DNA from: Dehalococcoidia bacterium
GTDB lineage: Bacteria; Chloroflexota; Dehalococcoidia; Bin125
Length of the DNA: 64,000 nt
Direction of reading: 5' to 3'
Assembly: GCA_965208665.1 (NCBI GenBank)
Contig: CBDBPH010000001.1
Span: 714,717 to 778,716, forward strand
Translations under genes and position numbers: made by a program
The notes under the pieces: generated by a model
The model's input: only the letters and a program-made list of their open reading frames with translations
The model's database searches: none
What the model was told of the DNA's origin: nothing
Part shown: positions 51,712 through 61,900 of the stretch, piece after piece
Layout: each line of letters opens with the position of its first letter
How positions within the stretch are numbered: position 1 is the first letter of the stretch

Positions 51712-51927
51712 ATGGCGGGCAAGTGCGACCTCTGCGACAAGGTGACCACGTTCGGCCGCAACATTCGCCACAAGCACTCCGGTCGCTGGAAGCGTAAGGC
51801 GCCACGCACATCTCGTACGTTCAAGCCGAATATTCACCGACACAAAGTAACCGTTGACGGTAAAACGCAACGGCTTAACGTTTGCACCGCATGCTTACGT
51901 ACGATGATGAAGCGGCTCGCCGTCTGA
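51712..51927 (+). CDS. rpmB: 50S ribosomal protein L28
   Basis: MAGKCDLCDKVTTFGRNIRHKHSGRWKRKAPRTSRTFKPNIH... matches L28, and a GAGGACGG RBS precedes the start. Confidence 0.85.
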   Translation: MAGKCDLCDKVTTFGRNIRHKHSGRWKRKAPRTSRTFKPNIHRHKVTVDGKTQRLNVCTACLRTMMKRLAV

Positions 51928-52072
51928 ATCATCGACCATGACTGACCAAGCCTGAGCCGGATCGGATTACCCAAGCCCTGAGAGCCAGAGCCGCGGACGA
52001 AGCGTCCGCACCTGACCACCTGTACGAGCCCGAAGCCGGCGCGCCTGCGCCGCCACACCGAGACCGAGGAAT

Positions 52073-52528
52073 ATGCGAATCTACGTTGGAAACCTGCCTT
52101 TCCGAACCAACACCGAAGAACTACGCGACCTGTTCGCCGAGCATGGCGAAGTCCAGGACTGCGTCATCCCGGTCGACCGAGACAGCGGTCGATCCCGAGG
52201 ATTCGGCTTTGTCGACATGGCCGACGAGGAAGCGCGTAACGCGATCACCGCGCTGGACGGCTACGACATGGACGGCCGCCAGCTGCGCGTCAACGAAGCG
52301 CGACCGCGCGGTTCCGGCGGCGGGGGTGGCGGCGGCTACCGCGGCGGTGGTGGCGGCGGCGGGTACCGAGAGGATCGCGGTGGCTACCGGGAAGGTGGAC
52401 AGCGCGACGGCGGCTACCGCGATGGCGGCTACCGCGAGAACCGTGGCGGGGGCGGGGGCTCCCGTGAGCCTCGCTACGACGACCGCGGCTCGCGCGACAG
52501 CTACGCCGACCGCGGACGGCGCTGGTAG
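52073..52528 (+). CDS. RRM-domain glycine-rich RNA-binding protein
   Basis: RNP2 IYVGNL, RNP1 RGFGFVDM, then an (R/Y)GG-repeat tail. 151 aa. Confidence 0.85.
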   Translation: MRIYVGNLPFRTNTEELRDLFAEHGEVQDCVIPVDRDSGRSRGFGFVDMADEEARNAITALDGYDMDGRQLRVNEARPRGSGGGGGGGYRGGGGGGGYREDRGGYREGGQRDGGYRDGGYRENRGGGGGSREPRYDDRGSRDSYADRGRRW

Positions 52529-52564
52529 CGTCTGCATCTACCCGGCTTCGCCCGGACCAAGGCG

Positions 52565-53698
52565 ATGACATCTGACGTCCGAGTCCGAGCAATCGGATTC
52601 GGGCGTCAGGCCGCGCCCTTCATCGATGTCCTCTGGACTGTCTACGACGGCGATCCGACATGGATCCCGATGCTGCGCCGTGCGCAGATGGAGCGGCTCG
52701 ATCCCGGGAAGACTCCGTTCCTGCGCTACGGCGAGGCGCAGCTCTTCATCGCCGAACGGGATGGTCGCGACATCGGCCGGATCTCGGCCCAGACCAATCC
52801 GCTGCACAACGAGAAGTGGGACGAGTCCGCCGGGTTCTTCGGCCACTTCGACTGTGTTGACGACGGCGAAGCAGCGACTGCGCTCTTCGAAGCGGCCGAG
52901 GCCTGGCTGCGCTCGCGCGGGGCCGAGTTCTCGCGCGGGCCGTTCAGCTTCACGATCAACGACGAGTCGGGCTGCCTGGTCGAGGGATTCGATTCCCCAC
53001 CGATGGTCGCCATGCCCCATGGCCGCCGATGGTTTCCGGCATTGATCGAGGCGAACGGCTACGCGAAGGCCAAGGACCTGTGGGCTTATCACTATCCCGT
53101 TGACGCGGCGCTGGGTGACCGGCGCGAGCGCGCGTGGCAGCGCATCCACGAGCATCCGCGAGTGACCGTGCGACCGTTCTCCAAGCGCAACCTGCGCCGT
53201 GACGTGCGTATCGCTGCGGAAATCTTCAACGAGGCATGGGTCGAAAACTGGGGTTCTGTCCCGATCACGCCGGAGGAAGCGGACCGACTGGCCGCCGACC
53301 TGATCCAGTTCGCCGATCCCGATCTGACCGCATTCGTGGAAATTGATGGCGATCCGGCGGCGATGGTGATATCGATCCCCAACCTGAATGAGTGCGCTCG
53401 CGATATTGACGGACGGCTGTTCCCGTTTGGCTGGGCCAAGGTGCTCTGGCGGTTGCGGCGGGGTCCGGAGAGTGGTCGCGTGATGCTGCTCGGCGTGCGC
53501 CAGAAGTGGCGAACCCGGGAGTTTGCGCAGCTTGGGATGATGCTGACCGCGGAAGTACACGTGCGAGGTGCGGCGCGTGGTTACAAGTGGGCCGAGCTGG
53601 GTTGGGTCCTGGAGGACAACCATCTGCTCAACCACGCCCTGCGGCGCACCGATGCCGAGGTGTACAAGGTCTACCGGATCTACGAGAAGCCGCTTTAG
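52565..53698 (+). CDS. Uncharacterised protein of 377 aa, possibly a GNAT-fold acyltransferase-like protein
   Basis: No clear motif. The size and predicted alpha/beta content resemble large GNAT-like proteins of unknown function. The family assignment is tentative. Confidence 0.4.
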   Translation: MTSDVRVRAIGFGRQAAPFIDVLWTVYDGDPTWIPMLRRAQMERLDPGKTPFLRYGEAQLFIAERDGRDIGRISAQTNPLHNEKWDESAGFFGHFDCVDDGEAATALFEAAEAWLRSRGAEFSRGPFSFTINDESGCLVEGFDSPPMVAMPHGRRWFPALIEANGYAKAKDLWAYHYPVDAALGDRRERAWQRIHEHPRVTVRPFSKRNLRRDVRIAAEIFNEAWVENWGSVPITPEEADRLAADLIQFADPDLTAFVEIDGDPAAMVISIPNLNECARDIDGRLFPFGWAKVLWRLRRGPESGRVMLLGVRQKWRTREFAQLGMMLTAEVHVRGAARGYKWAELGWVLEDNHLLNHALRRTDAEVYKVYRIYEKPL

Positions 53699-54369
53699 CC
53701 GTTCCGCAACACCCGACGCAGCCGCGCTACCGCATCCGCCACCGACTCTTGATCGTTGTAGACCGCCGACCCAGCCACCAACCAATTCGCGCCGGCCTCG
53801 ACGATTGAGGCGATGGTCGCCTCGTTGACACCCCCGTCCACCGCAACCGGCGCATTCTCGCGTCCGCAGGCGTCAAGCATGGACCGAGCTCGGCGAATCC
53901 GTCCCAGGGATTCGGGGATGAACTTCTGGCCGCCCCAACCGGGGTTCACGCTCATGATCTGGATGCGGTCGCAGATCGACACGACCGGCTCTATCTCGCT
54001 GAGCGGCGTGCCGGGATTGAGGGTCACGCCCGCCTCGACCCCGGCCTCGGAAATCTGCTGCAGCAGACGGTGGGGGTGGCGAGTGGACTCGATGTGAATC
54101 GTCACGCAGTTGACGCCGGCCTCGATGAAATCGCCGATGTGTTCCTCGGGATGCTCGACCATCAAGTGCGCCTCGATCGGCAGCGTTGTCAGCCGGCGAA
54201 CTGCCGAGGCCATCTGCGCGCCAAACGTGATCGGCGGAACGAAGTTGCCGTCCATCACATCAAGCGAGATCCAATCGACGCCCGCTGCCTCCGCCTCGGC
54301 TATCTGCTCGGCCAGGCGCGTCCAGTCCGCGCTCAGGATTGACGGGGCGATCACGACCGGCAGGCTCAT
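53695..54369 (-). CDS. rpe: Ribulose-phosphate 3-epimerase
   Basis: Start MSLPVVIAPSILSADW (ATG 54369), 224 aa, with metal-binding His/Asp positions. It overlaps the argH stop. Confidence 0.85.
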   Translation of the reverse strand: MSLPVVIAPSILSADWTRLAEQIAEAEAAGVDWISLDVMDGNFVPPITFGAQMASAVRRLTTLPIEAHLMVEHPEEHIGDFIEAGVNCVTIHIESTRHPHRLLQQISEAGVEAGVTLNPGTPLSEIEPVVSICDRIQIMSVNPGWGGQKFIPESLGRIRRARSMLDACGRENAPVAVDGGVNEATIASIVEAGANWLVAGSAVYNDQESVADAVARLRRVLRNG

Positions 54370-55955
54370 CGTCGACCCTCTTGCCGGCGTTGTCCCTGCT
54401 GTCCCTGCTGCTTTGCCGCTGCGCGCTCGGCGGCGCGTCGCTGGGCACGGTTGAGACCGGTCTCCAGTCTCGGCTCCTGCGCGGGCGCGGCGTCCTGATT
54501 CGGCGGTTGGGCAGCAGGTTCGAGTTGGAGGCGATTCTTGGCGTCCTCCAGCGCTGCCCGCACCTGCTTCGGAGCCGTACCGCCGGCCACGTCCCGCGAT
54601 TCGAGGGCAAACTGCACCGTCATCCCGACAGCATCCGCCTCGAACGCGGAATGCTCCGCTTGCAGGTCCTCTAGCGAGAGATCGGCGAGCCCGCAACCGC
54701 GCTGTTCGCAGAGCCGGACCAGGCTTCCGACGACGCCGTGGGCTTCGCGGAACGGAACGCCCCTGCGCGTGATGTAGTCGGCGTAGTCGGTGGCCAGGAT
54801 GAATGGGTCGCGGTCGACCATGGCACGCGCCCGATCGCCATCGACATTCGCTGTCAGCAGCGCCCGCGCCAGGACGTGCAGTGTGCCAATCAGTGTCTCG
54901 GCCGTATCAAACAGGCCGGACTTGTCCTCCTGCAGGTCGCGGTTGTAGGCGAGCGGCAGGCCCTTGAGCATCGTCAGCAGCCCGGTCAAGTGACCCAGTA
55001 CCTTGCCGCTGCGGCCGCGGGCGAGTTCGGCGATGTCCGGATTGCGCTTCTGCGGCATGATCGACGAGCCGGTCGTGAACGCGTCGCCGAACTGCAGCAC
55101 GCCGAACTCAGCGGAACTCCAGAGGATGATGTCCTCACAGAGGCGCGAGATGTTGACCATGCAGATCGCGGCGTTGGAGATGAACTCGACGATGTAGTCG
55201 CGAGACGAGACGGCGTCCATGCTGTTGCGGGAAACCTGCTCGAAGCCGAGCTCATCGGCGACGGCCTGCCGATCAAGCGGATAGGCGGCGCCGGCCAGCG
55301 CGGCGCTGCCGAGCGGCATGATGTCGGCTCGGGCGAACGAATCGACCAGTCTCTCGGCGTCGCGGTCGAGCATCTCCAGGTATGCCAGGAGATGATGCGA
55401 GAGCAGCACCGGTTGCGCTCGCTGGAGGTGCGTGTAGCCGGGCAGGTAGACATCGAGGGAACGCTCGGCCAGCTCCACCAATGAGGCCTGCAGGCCGCGC
55501 ACCGCGCCCACGGCCTGGACAATCGCGTCGCGCACGAACATTCGCGTATCGAGCGCGACCTGGTCGTTGCGCGAGCGCGCTGTGTGCAGCCGTCCCGCCG
55601 CGTCGGAACCAATGATCCCGCTCAGCCGAGCCTCGACGTGCGTGTGGATGTCCTCAAGCTCATGGTTGATCTCGAATCCTCCGGACTCGATTTCCGACTC
55701 CACCTGGTCGAGGCCTTGCAGGATGATGGTCGCGTCTTCTGCGTCGATGATTCCCTGCGCAGCCAGCATGCGCGCGTGGGCGCGTGAGCCGGCGATGTCG
55801 TGCCGGAAGAGCAAGAGGTCGGTCTGGATCGAGGACGTGTACGCCTGCACGAGCGCGTCGGGCGCTTGCTCGAAGCGTCCACCCCAGAGCCGCTGTGCGT
55901 CGTCGTGTTGGTTGTCGGCGTCAGCCATGCTCCCCGCCTTCGCAAGGCTGATCAA
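54366..55955 (-). CDS. argH: Argininosuccinate lyase with a C-terminal Gln/Arg/Lys-rich tail of about 60 aa
   Basis: LWGGRFEQAPDA..., the fumarate-lyase signature GSSIMPQKRNPD, and a tail ...RAQRRAAERAAAKQQGQQGQRRQEGRR. Confidence 0.9.
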   Translation of the reverse strand: MISLAKAGSMADADNQHDDAQRLWGGRFEQAPDALVQAYTSSIQTDLLLFRHDIAGSRAHARMLAAQGIIDAEDATIILQGLDQVESEIESGGFEINHELEDIHTHVEARLSGIIGSDAAGRLHTARSRNDQVALDTRMFVRDAIVQAVGAVRGLQASLVELAERSLDVYLPGYTHLQRAQPVLLSHHLLAYLEMLDRDAERLVDSFARADIMPLGSAALAGAAYPLDRQAVADELGFEQVSRNSMDAVSSRDYIVEFISNAAICMVNISRLCEDIILWSSAEFGVLQFGDAFTTGSSIMPQKRNPDIAELARGRSGKVLGHLTGLLTMLKGLPLAYNRDLQEDKSGLFDTAETLIGTLHVLARALLTANVDGDRARAMVDRDPFILATDYADYITRRGVPFREAHGVVGSLVRLCEQRGCGLADLSLEDLQAEHSAFEADAVGMTVQFALESRDVAGGTAPKQVRAALEDAKNRLQLEPAAQPPNQDAAPAQEPRLETGLNRAQRRAAERAAAKQQGQQGQRRQEGRR

Positions 55956-55958
55956 TCT

Positions 55959-56318
55959 CTACTCGTCGTTGTCCAGCTTCGACAATCCTGCTGCGCTTAT
56001 TGTGTGATCGAACTGTTCGTCGTCGAAATCCGTTGCCCGCATCGTGATGATCGCGGGCGGTTGGACTCCGTCGACAATCAGGGCCGGATAGAGGCCGCTC
56101 GCGATGGCTCGCAACACCGCCTGGATCTGGTCATCGGAGAGCGGCCCACAAGCGGCCTCAAAGGCCTGCTTCGCGTCCAGCGCGAGGTACAGGGCGACCT
56201 CCAGGGTCGCGTGCCCAGGACGGCGAATCTGGAAGTCCGCCGCGTCCGGACCGCCCGCTGTGGGCACGGCCGCTTCGTATTCGATGTCGATCTCGATGTC
56301 GGAGGCGTCAGTCGTCAT
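55959..56318 (-). CDS. Hypothetical acidic protein of 119 aa, between argG and argH
   Basis: Co-oriented with the arg genes and tightly spaced (3 bp to argH, 38 bp to argG). No family recognised. Confidence 0.5.
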   Translation of the reverse strand: MTTDASDIEIDIEYEAAVPTAGGPDAADFQIRRPGHATLEVALYLALDAKQAFEAACGPLSDDQIQAVLRAIASGLYPALIVDGVQPPAIITMRATDFDDEQFDHTISAAGLSKLDNDE

Positions 56319-56356
56319 CGTGGGTTGTCCTCGCTGGCCGTTGTGCTGACTTCCAG

Positions 56357-57610
56357 TTACGAGCTACGTCCCGATGATACGTCCAGCACGCCTCCCGGTT
56401 GCTGGAGCAACTGCTTCTCCGCCTGAACGCGCACCGGCAGGCCGAAAATGTCGATGAAACCGACCGCCGAGGACTGGTCGTAGATGTCGCCTTCGTCGTA
56501 GGTGGCCAGCGAATACTGGTACAGGCTGTTGGGGCTTTCGACACCCACCGTGACGGCCTGCCCCTTGTACAACTTGATCCTCGCCGTGCCGGACACATGA
56601 CGCTGCATCGACGATGTCAGCGCAGCCAGATCCTGGTGCAGGCCGGTAAACCAGAGACCGTCATAGATCAGGTCTGCATAGTCCTGCATCAGTCGGTGCT
56701 TGATCCGTAGCTGGCTCTTCGAGAGGGTCAGCGTCTCCAACGCCTCATGCGCAATCCGCAGCGTGGTCGCTGCCGGCGCTTCGTAGACCTCGCGCGACTT
56801 GATGCCGACCAGGCGGTCCTCCACCATGTCGATGCGTCCAACGCCGTTCGCTCCCGCGACATCGTGCACCCGGCTGATCAGCGTGACGGGATCAATGTCC
56901 TCGCCGTCCAACGCAACCGGGCGTCCGTGCTCGAATCCGATTTCGATGTACGTCGGTTCGTTGGGCGCTTGCTCGGGATTGACGGTCCACTCCCAGACGT
57001 TGTCGGGCGGCTCGGTCCACGGATCCTCGAGCGGGCCAGCCTCGATCGAGCGGCCCCAGAGGTTCTCATCGGTCGAGTATTGCTTGTCGACGCTCACGGT
57101 GATCGGAATGCTGTGCGCCTGCGCGTAGACGATTTCAGACTCTCGTGTGGTCAGTTCCCACTCGCGAACCGGCGCGAGGATACGCAGGTCGGGCGCAAGC
57201 GCCTGTACCGAGACGTCGAAGCGCACCTGATCGTTGCCCTTGCCGGTGCACCCGTGGGCGACGGCGGTCGCGTTGTGTCGTCGGGCCACATCGACCAGCG
57301 CCTTGGCGATCAATGGTCGCGCCAGTGCAGTGGCGAGGGGGTAGCGCCCCTCGTAGACCGCGCCGGCCATCAGCGCTGGGAAACAGAATGCGCGAGCGAA
57401 GTCGTCGCGCAGGTCGAGCATTTCGAAGCCGACCGCGCCGGCGGCGTAGGCGCGAGACTCCAGTTCCTCGTCCTCCTCGAGGTAGCCCATGTCGGCGGTC
57501 ATGCAGATGACTTCCCATCCGCGCTCGGTCAGCCACCGGGTCACCACCGACGTATCCAGACCACCCGAGTAAGCCAACACCACCCGCTTGTCGTCAGTTC
57601 GTCTTGCCAC
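56357..57610 (-). CDS. argG: Argininosuccinate synthase
   Basis: The PP-loop VVLAYSGGLDTSV is present and the 417 aa are collinear with ArgG. Confidence 0.9.
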   Translation of the reverse strand: MARRTDDKRVVLAYSGGLDTSVVTRWLTERGWEVICMTADMGYLEEDEELESRAYAAGAVGFEMLDLRDDFARAFCFPALMAGAVYEGRYPLATALARPLIAKALVDVARRHNATAVAHGCTGKGNDQVRFDVSVQALAPDLRILAPVREWELTTRESEIVYAQAHSIPITVSVDKQYSTDENLWGRSIEAGPLEDPWTEPPDNVWEWTVNPEQAPNEPTYIEIGFEHGRPVALDGEDIDPVTLISRVHDVAGANGVGRIDMVEDRLVGIKSREVYEAPAATTLRIAHEALETLTLSKSQLRIKHRLMQDYADLIYDGLWFTGLHQDLAALTSSMQRHVSGTARIKLYKGQAVTVGVESPNSLYQYSLATYDEGDIYDQSSAVGFIDIFGLPVRVQAEKQLLQQPGGVLDVSSGRSS

Positions 57611-57648
57611 CCGGGTCTCCTGTCCGGTTCGTGTTCTCGGCCCGCGCG

Positions 57649-58842
57649 CTACTCGGAAATCGACGACAGGGCGTCGTCAATGATCCCGATCGCCTGGTCG
57701 ATTTCGTCGTCAGAGATCGTCAGCGGCGGCACCAGCCGCAGCACATTCGGCTTGACCACGTTGCAGATCAGTCCACGGTCGCGGATCGCCGCGACCAGCG
57801 CCGGCCCGACGTCTTCGCTGAGTTGTACCGCGACCAACAGTCCCTTGCCGCGCACATGGTCGATCAGCGGATAACGATCTTCCAGCGCCCGAATGCCGGA
57901 CATTAGTCGTTCGCCGGCGTCTTGTGCGCGGGACGGAATGTCCTCCTCGACGATCACGCGCAGCGTCTCAAGCGCCACTGACGTGGTAAACGGCTGACCG
58001 CCGAAGGTCGTGCCATGGTCGCCCGGCTCAAGGATGTCGCCGCGCTCGTTGGCCACGATCGCTCCGATCGGCACGCCGCTACCCAAGCCCTTGGCCAGGG
58101 CCATCACATCGGGCTGCACATCTTCGTGCTGCCAGGCGAAGAGCTTACCCGTTCGGCCGATGCCGGTTTGCACCTCGTCCAACATCAACAAGAGATTGTG
58201 TTCGTCGCAGACTTCACGCAGCGCCACGAGGTACCCCTCATCGGCGACGTTGACGCCGCCCTCGCCCTGCAGCGGCTCAACGAGGATCGCCGCCGTCTGC
58301 GGACCGACGGCCGCTCGCACGGCGTCAACGTCGTTGTACGGCACGTGGCGGAAGCCGTCGAGTGGGCCGAACGGTTCGCGGTAGTTCGGATTGCCCGAGG
58401 CATTGACCGAGGCCAGAGTGCGTCCGTGGAACGCCTCATCCATGACGATGATCTCGGTGGCGCCGTCACGCCGCGTCTGTCCCCACTTGCGCCCAATCTT
58501 GATCGCGCCCTCGGTCGCCTCGGCGCCGCTGTTGCAGAAAAAAATCCGAGTCATGCCCGACTGTTCGAGGATCACGTCTGCCAGGTCGAGCTGGGGAATC
58601 GTGTAGAAGTAGTTCGAGACGTGCAACAGGGTCTCGGCCTGCTGCTTGATCGCCTCAACAATCCGCGGGTGGCAATGGCCCAGGTTGTCGGCCGCGATAC
58701 CGGCGACGAAGTCGAGGTACTCGTTGCCCTCGTCATCCCAGACTTTCGTGCCCTCGCCGCGCACCAGCGTGACGGGCAAACGGCCCGCCGACATCATGAA
58801 GACAGCGGACTCGCGCTCAGCAGTGGTGGGCATGTTCGTCAC
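57649..58842 (-). CDS. argD: Acetylornithine aminotransferase (class III PLP aminotransferase)
   Basis: LDEVQTGIGRTGKLFA (PLP-Lys region) and GHCHPRIVEAIKQQA are present. Confidence 0.85.
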   Translation of the reverse strand: MTNMPTTAERESAVFMMSAGRLPVTLVRGEGTKVWDDEGNEYLDFVAGIAADNLGHCHPRIVEAIKQQAETLLHVSNYFYTIPQLDLADVILEQSGMTRIFFCNSGAEATEGAIKIGRKWGQTRRDGATEIIVMDEAFHGRTLASVNASGNPNYREPFGPLDGFRHVPYNDVDAVRAAVGPQTAAILVEPLQGEGGVNVADEGYLVALREVCDEHNLLLMLDEVQTGIGRTGKLFAWQHEDVQPDVMALAKGLGSGVPIGAIVANERGDILEPGDHGTTFGGQPFTTSVALETLRVIVEEDIPSRAQDAGERLMSGIRALEDRYPLIDHVRGKGLLVAVQLSEDVGPALVAAIRDRGLICNVVKPNVLRLVPPLTISDDEIDQAIGIIDDALSSISE

Positions 58843-58931
58843 TCCGGTTACGCCAACAGGACACTCGACCGATTCAGATTACGCGAGCGTTCGATGCGCG
58901 TCTATGCAGGCGATAGCGCTGGGACGGACGG

Positions 58932-61900
58932 CTACTCCGAGGCTGTAGCCAGACGATCCAGGATTTCGCCCAGACGCTCGATCGCCTCGCCGTAGCCTGC
59001 CCAGTCGCCTTCGCGCTGCTTCACCAGCGCTTCTTCGAACGCTTGCTGCGCTTGTTCGGCAAGTTCTGCGGCATCATCCGACAACACAATCGGCTCTCGC
59101 TCCTCGGGCTCGTCCTGCTGCGCGGGCTCCGGCGCGACTTCCTGCTCCGTTTCCGCAGCGACATCCTCGGCTGCGACCTCGCCCGGCACATCGCCAAGGA
59201 GCGACAGACCTTGTGCCGCCCGGTTGCCCAACGCCACCTGCACAGCGTTGAAGAACGTGTCCTCGAAGGCAATCGTGTCGCCGTTGACGACGATCACCCC
59301 CTTGAGCTGCGGGAAGCGACCCGTTTCGGCTTGCAGATAGATCGGTTCGACGTAGACGTAGGAATCACCAACCGGGATGAACAGCAGGTTGCCGCGGATC
59401 ACCTCCGAGCCTTGCTGTCCGAGTAGCGTGAACTGCCGAGATACGGCGACATCCTGGTCGATCCGGTTTTCAATCTGTTTGGGGCCGTCCACGTTCTTGT
59501 TCGCCGGGAAGCGGAAGGCAAACAGCTTGCCGTAGTTCTCCCCATCGGAGCGGCCGGCCATCCAGGCGATGGAATTGAGTCGGTTTCTTGGCGTGAAGGG
59601 CAGGATCAGCAGGAACTCAGGCTCCTCCTGGTCGGGCAGACGCAGAGTGACGTAGTACGGCTCGACCGCGATTTCCTGTTGTCTCAAGAGCTCTTGCGGG
59701 ATCGCCCAGAGGTCCTCGCGGTTGAACAGGCCGCGCGCCGACTCGATGTGATAGGTCAGGTATTGGTCCGCCTGGACCTGGAAGTAGTCCTGCGGGTAAC
59801 GCCAGTGCTGCTGCAGGTCGCCCGGGAATTCGTCTGCCGGCTTGAACAGCTCCGGGAAAATGTCTTCCCAGACCTGGATGATCGGGTCGGAGTCGTCGAC
59901 GACGTACAGGTCGACGGTGCCGTGGTAGGCGTCGATCACCGCCTTGACCGAGTTGCGCACGTAGTTGTAACCCCAGGCGTGCGGCTGCGAATAGGGGTAG
60001 CGATCTGTCACCGTGTAGGCGTCCTGGATCCAGTACAGCCGACCATCTTCGCCGACCACGATGTAGGGGTCGGCATCGAGCTGCAGGAACGGCGCAAGCT
60101 CGTTCACCCGTTCCTGAATGAGCCGGCGGAAGAGAATCCGGCTCTCTCCGTCGACGGAACCGGAAATCAGGATGTTGGCATCGCCGAAGGACCAGGCGAA
60201 TGCCAGCCGGCGGAAGAATCCACCCAGCTCGATCCCGCCGTCGCCCGAATACCGCGTCGTGGCCTGATCAGCCACGCCATCCGACTCCTCGCCGCTGAGC
60301 GGATAGTCGAACTCCTCGGTCTCGCTATTGGCGATCACATATGCATCGGTGACTTCGCCGTAGTAGATGCGCGGCTCGACGATCTCCAGGTCCAACGGCC
60401 CGGATGATGTTTCGTCGATCACTTCCGGTGGAATGTTTGAGACCCAGAAGACGGGTTCGCCGGAAGGGGAGACTTCGTCAACCGGAGTCATTACCACACC
60501 GAAGCCGTGCGTGAACTGCAATCGGCGGTTGACCCATCCCTGCTGCGTCGACTGGAGGTTCGCCTGGGAGAGTTCCCGAGCTGCAAGGAAGACCTGGTGG
60601 TCCTCGCCGCCGACGTCATAGCGGTCAACGTCCACATCCGGGTAGACATAGAGCGGCCGAATCGTCTGGATCGTGTTCAGTGTGTCGTTGAGCGGTCGGT
60701 GATCCCAAAGCCGAACGTTCTGCAGGGCCTCGGGATTCTGCGAGAGGTCGGCCTCCCCGACGAAGTCCGCGGCCGGGAACTCGCGCTCTTCGATCGTGTC
60801 CAGGGCAAAAGCCGCGCGGGTCGCGGCGATGTTGCGTTCGATGTACGGCGTTTCTCTCTGCAACTCGTTCGGCTCGACGGTGAAACGCTGGATGGCGGCC
60901 GGAAGGATCGCGCCGCCGAGGATCGAGACGACGATCAGTAACGCAATCGGTGTCAGAGCGAAACGCAAGCGCTCGTGGAACGGCCAGGAGAGCACACCGA
61001 GGATCACTACGATGCCGGCGACCATCTTCACGATCTGCACCGGTGAGCGGATGTTGTCGTCGGTAAATGTCGCCCCGAAGACGAAGCCGCCGGGATTCAG
61101 CGCCAGCTCGAAACGAGCCAGCCAGTAACTCCAGACGAACAGACCCATCACCGCCGCGATCGTGAGCGCGAGATGCAGGCGGACTCCGATCGTCGAGCGG
61201 GCGTTGCCACGGTGCAGCATCAAGCGCACGCCGTAGGTGGCGGCGGTGGTCAGCATCGCCATGATTGCCAAACCGGTCGCCCAGCCCTTCATGAACTGGA
61301 GCGCTTCGAGCTCGAAGACGTAGAAGCCGAGATCGCGGCCGAACTGCGCGTCGGTCTGGCCGAACGGTTTGGCGTGCAGGAACTGCAGAATCAGCTCCCA
61401 CTGTCCGGCCGCGACAGAGCCGAAAATGATCGCCAACAGGATCATCGCGACGGCGGCGATGATGTGGACCACCCGGTTGAGACGAGGATCGTCGACCGGC
61501 GGAGCCAGCGCCTCGACGGGCATCCTCCAGGCGATGATGTACATCGCGCCGAGTACGACCAGCGAAACCCCCGCGCCGGCCGCGAACAGCCAGACCTGGG
61601 TCACGATCCGCAGGTCGAACACGCCGCGGTAGCCGACGTTGTCGAACCAGAGCCGATCGACGTAGATGTCAATACCGATGTTGAGCAAGATCAGGGCCAC
61701 CAGCAGGGCGACGCCGGCCACCACGACCCGAGGCCAGGTGCGGCCGCGGCTAGGCGGCTGACCTTCGGCCGCCGTGTACGGAGGCGGCTCGTCGTCGCCG
61801 ACCCCGCCTCCGCCGCCCAACCCCTCACGGAACACGGGCGGCGGTGGTCCGAGTTCGCCGGAACGCCCCTCGTCCGACGGCGGTACGTCACGGGGGCCGT

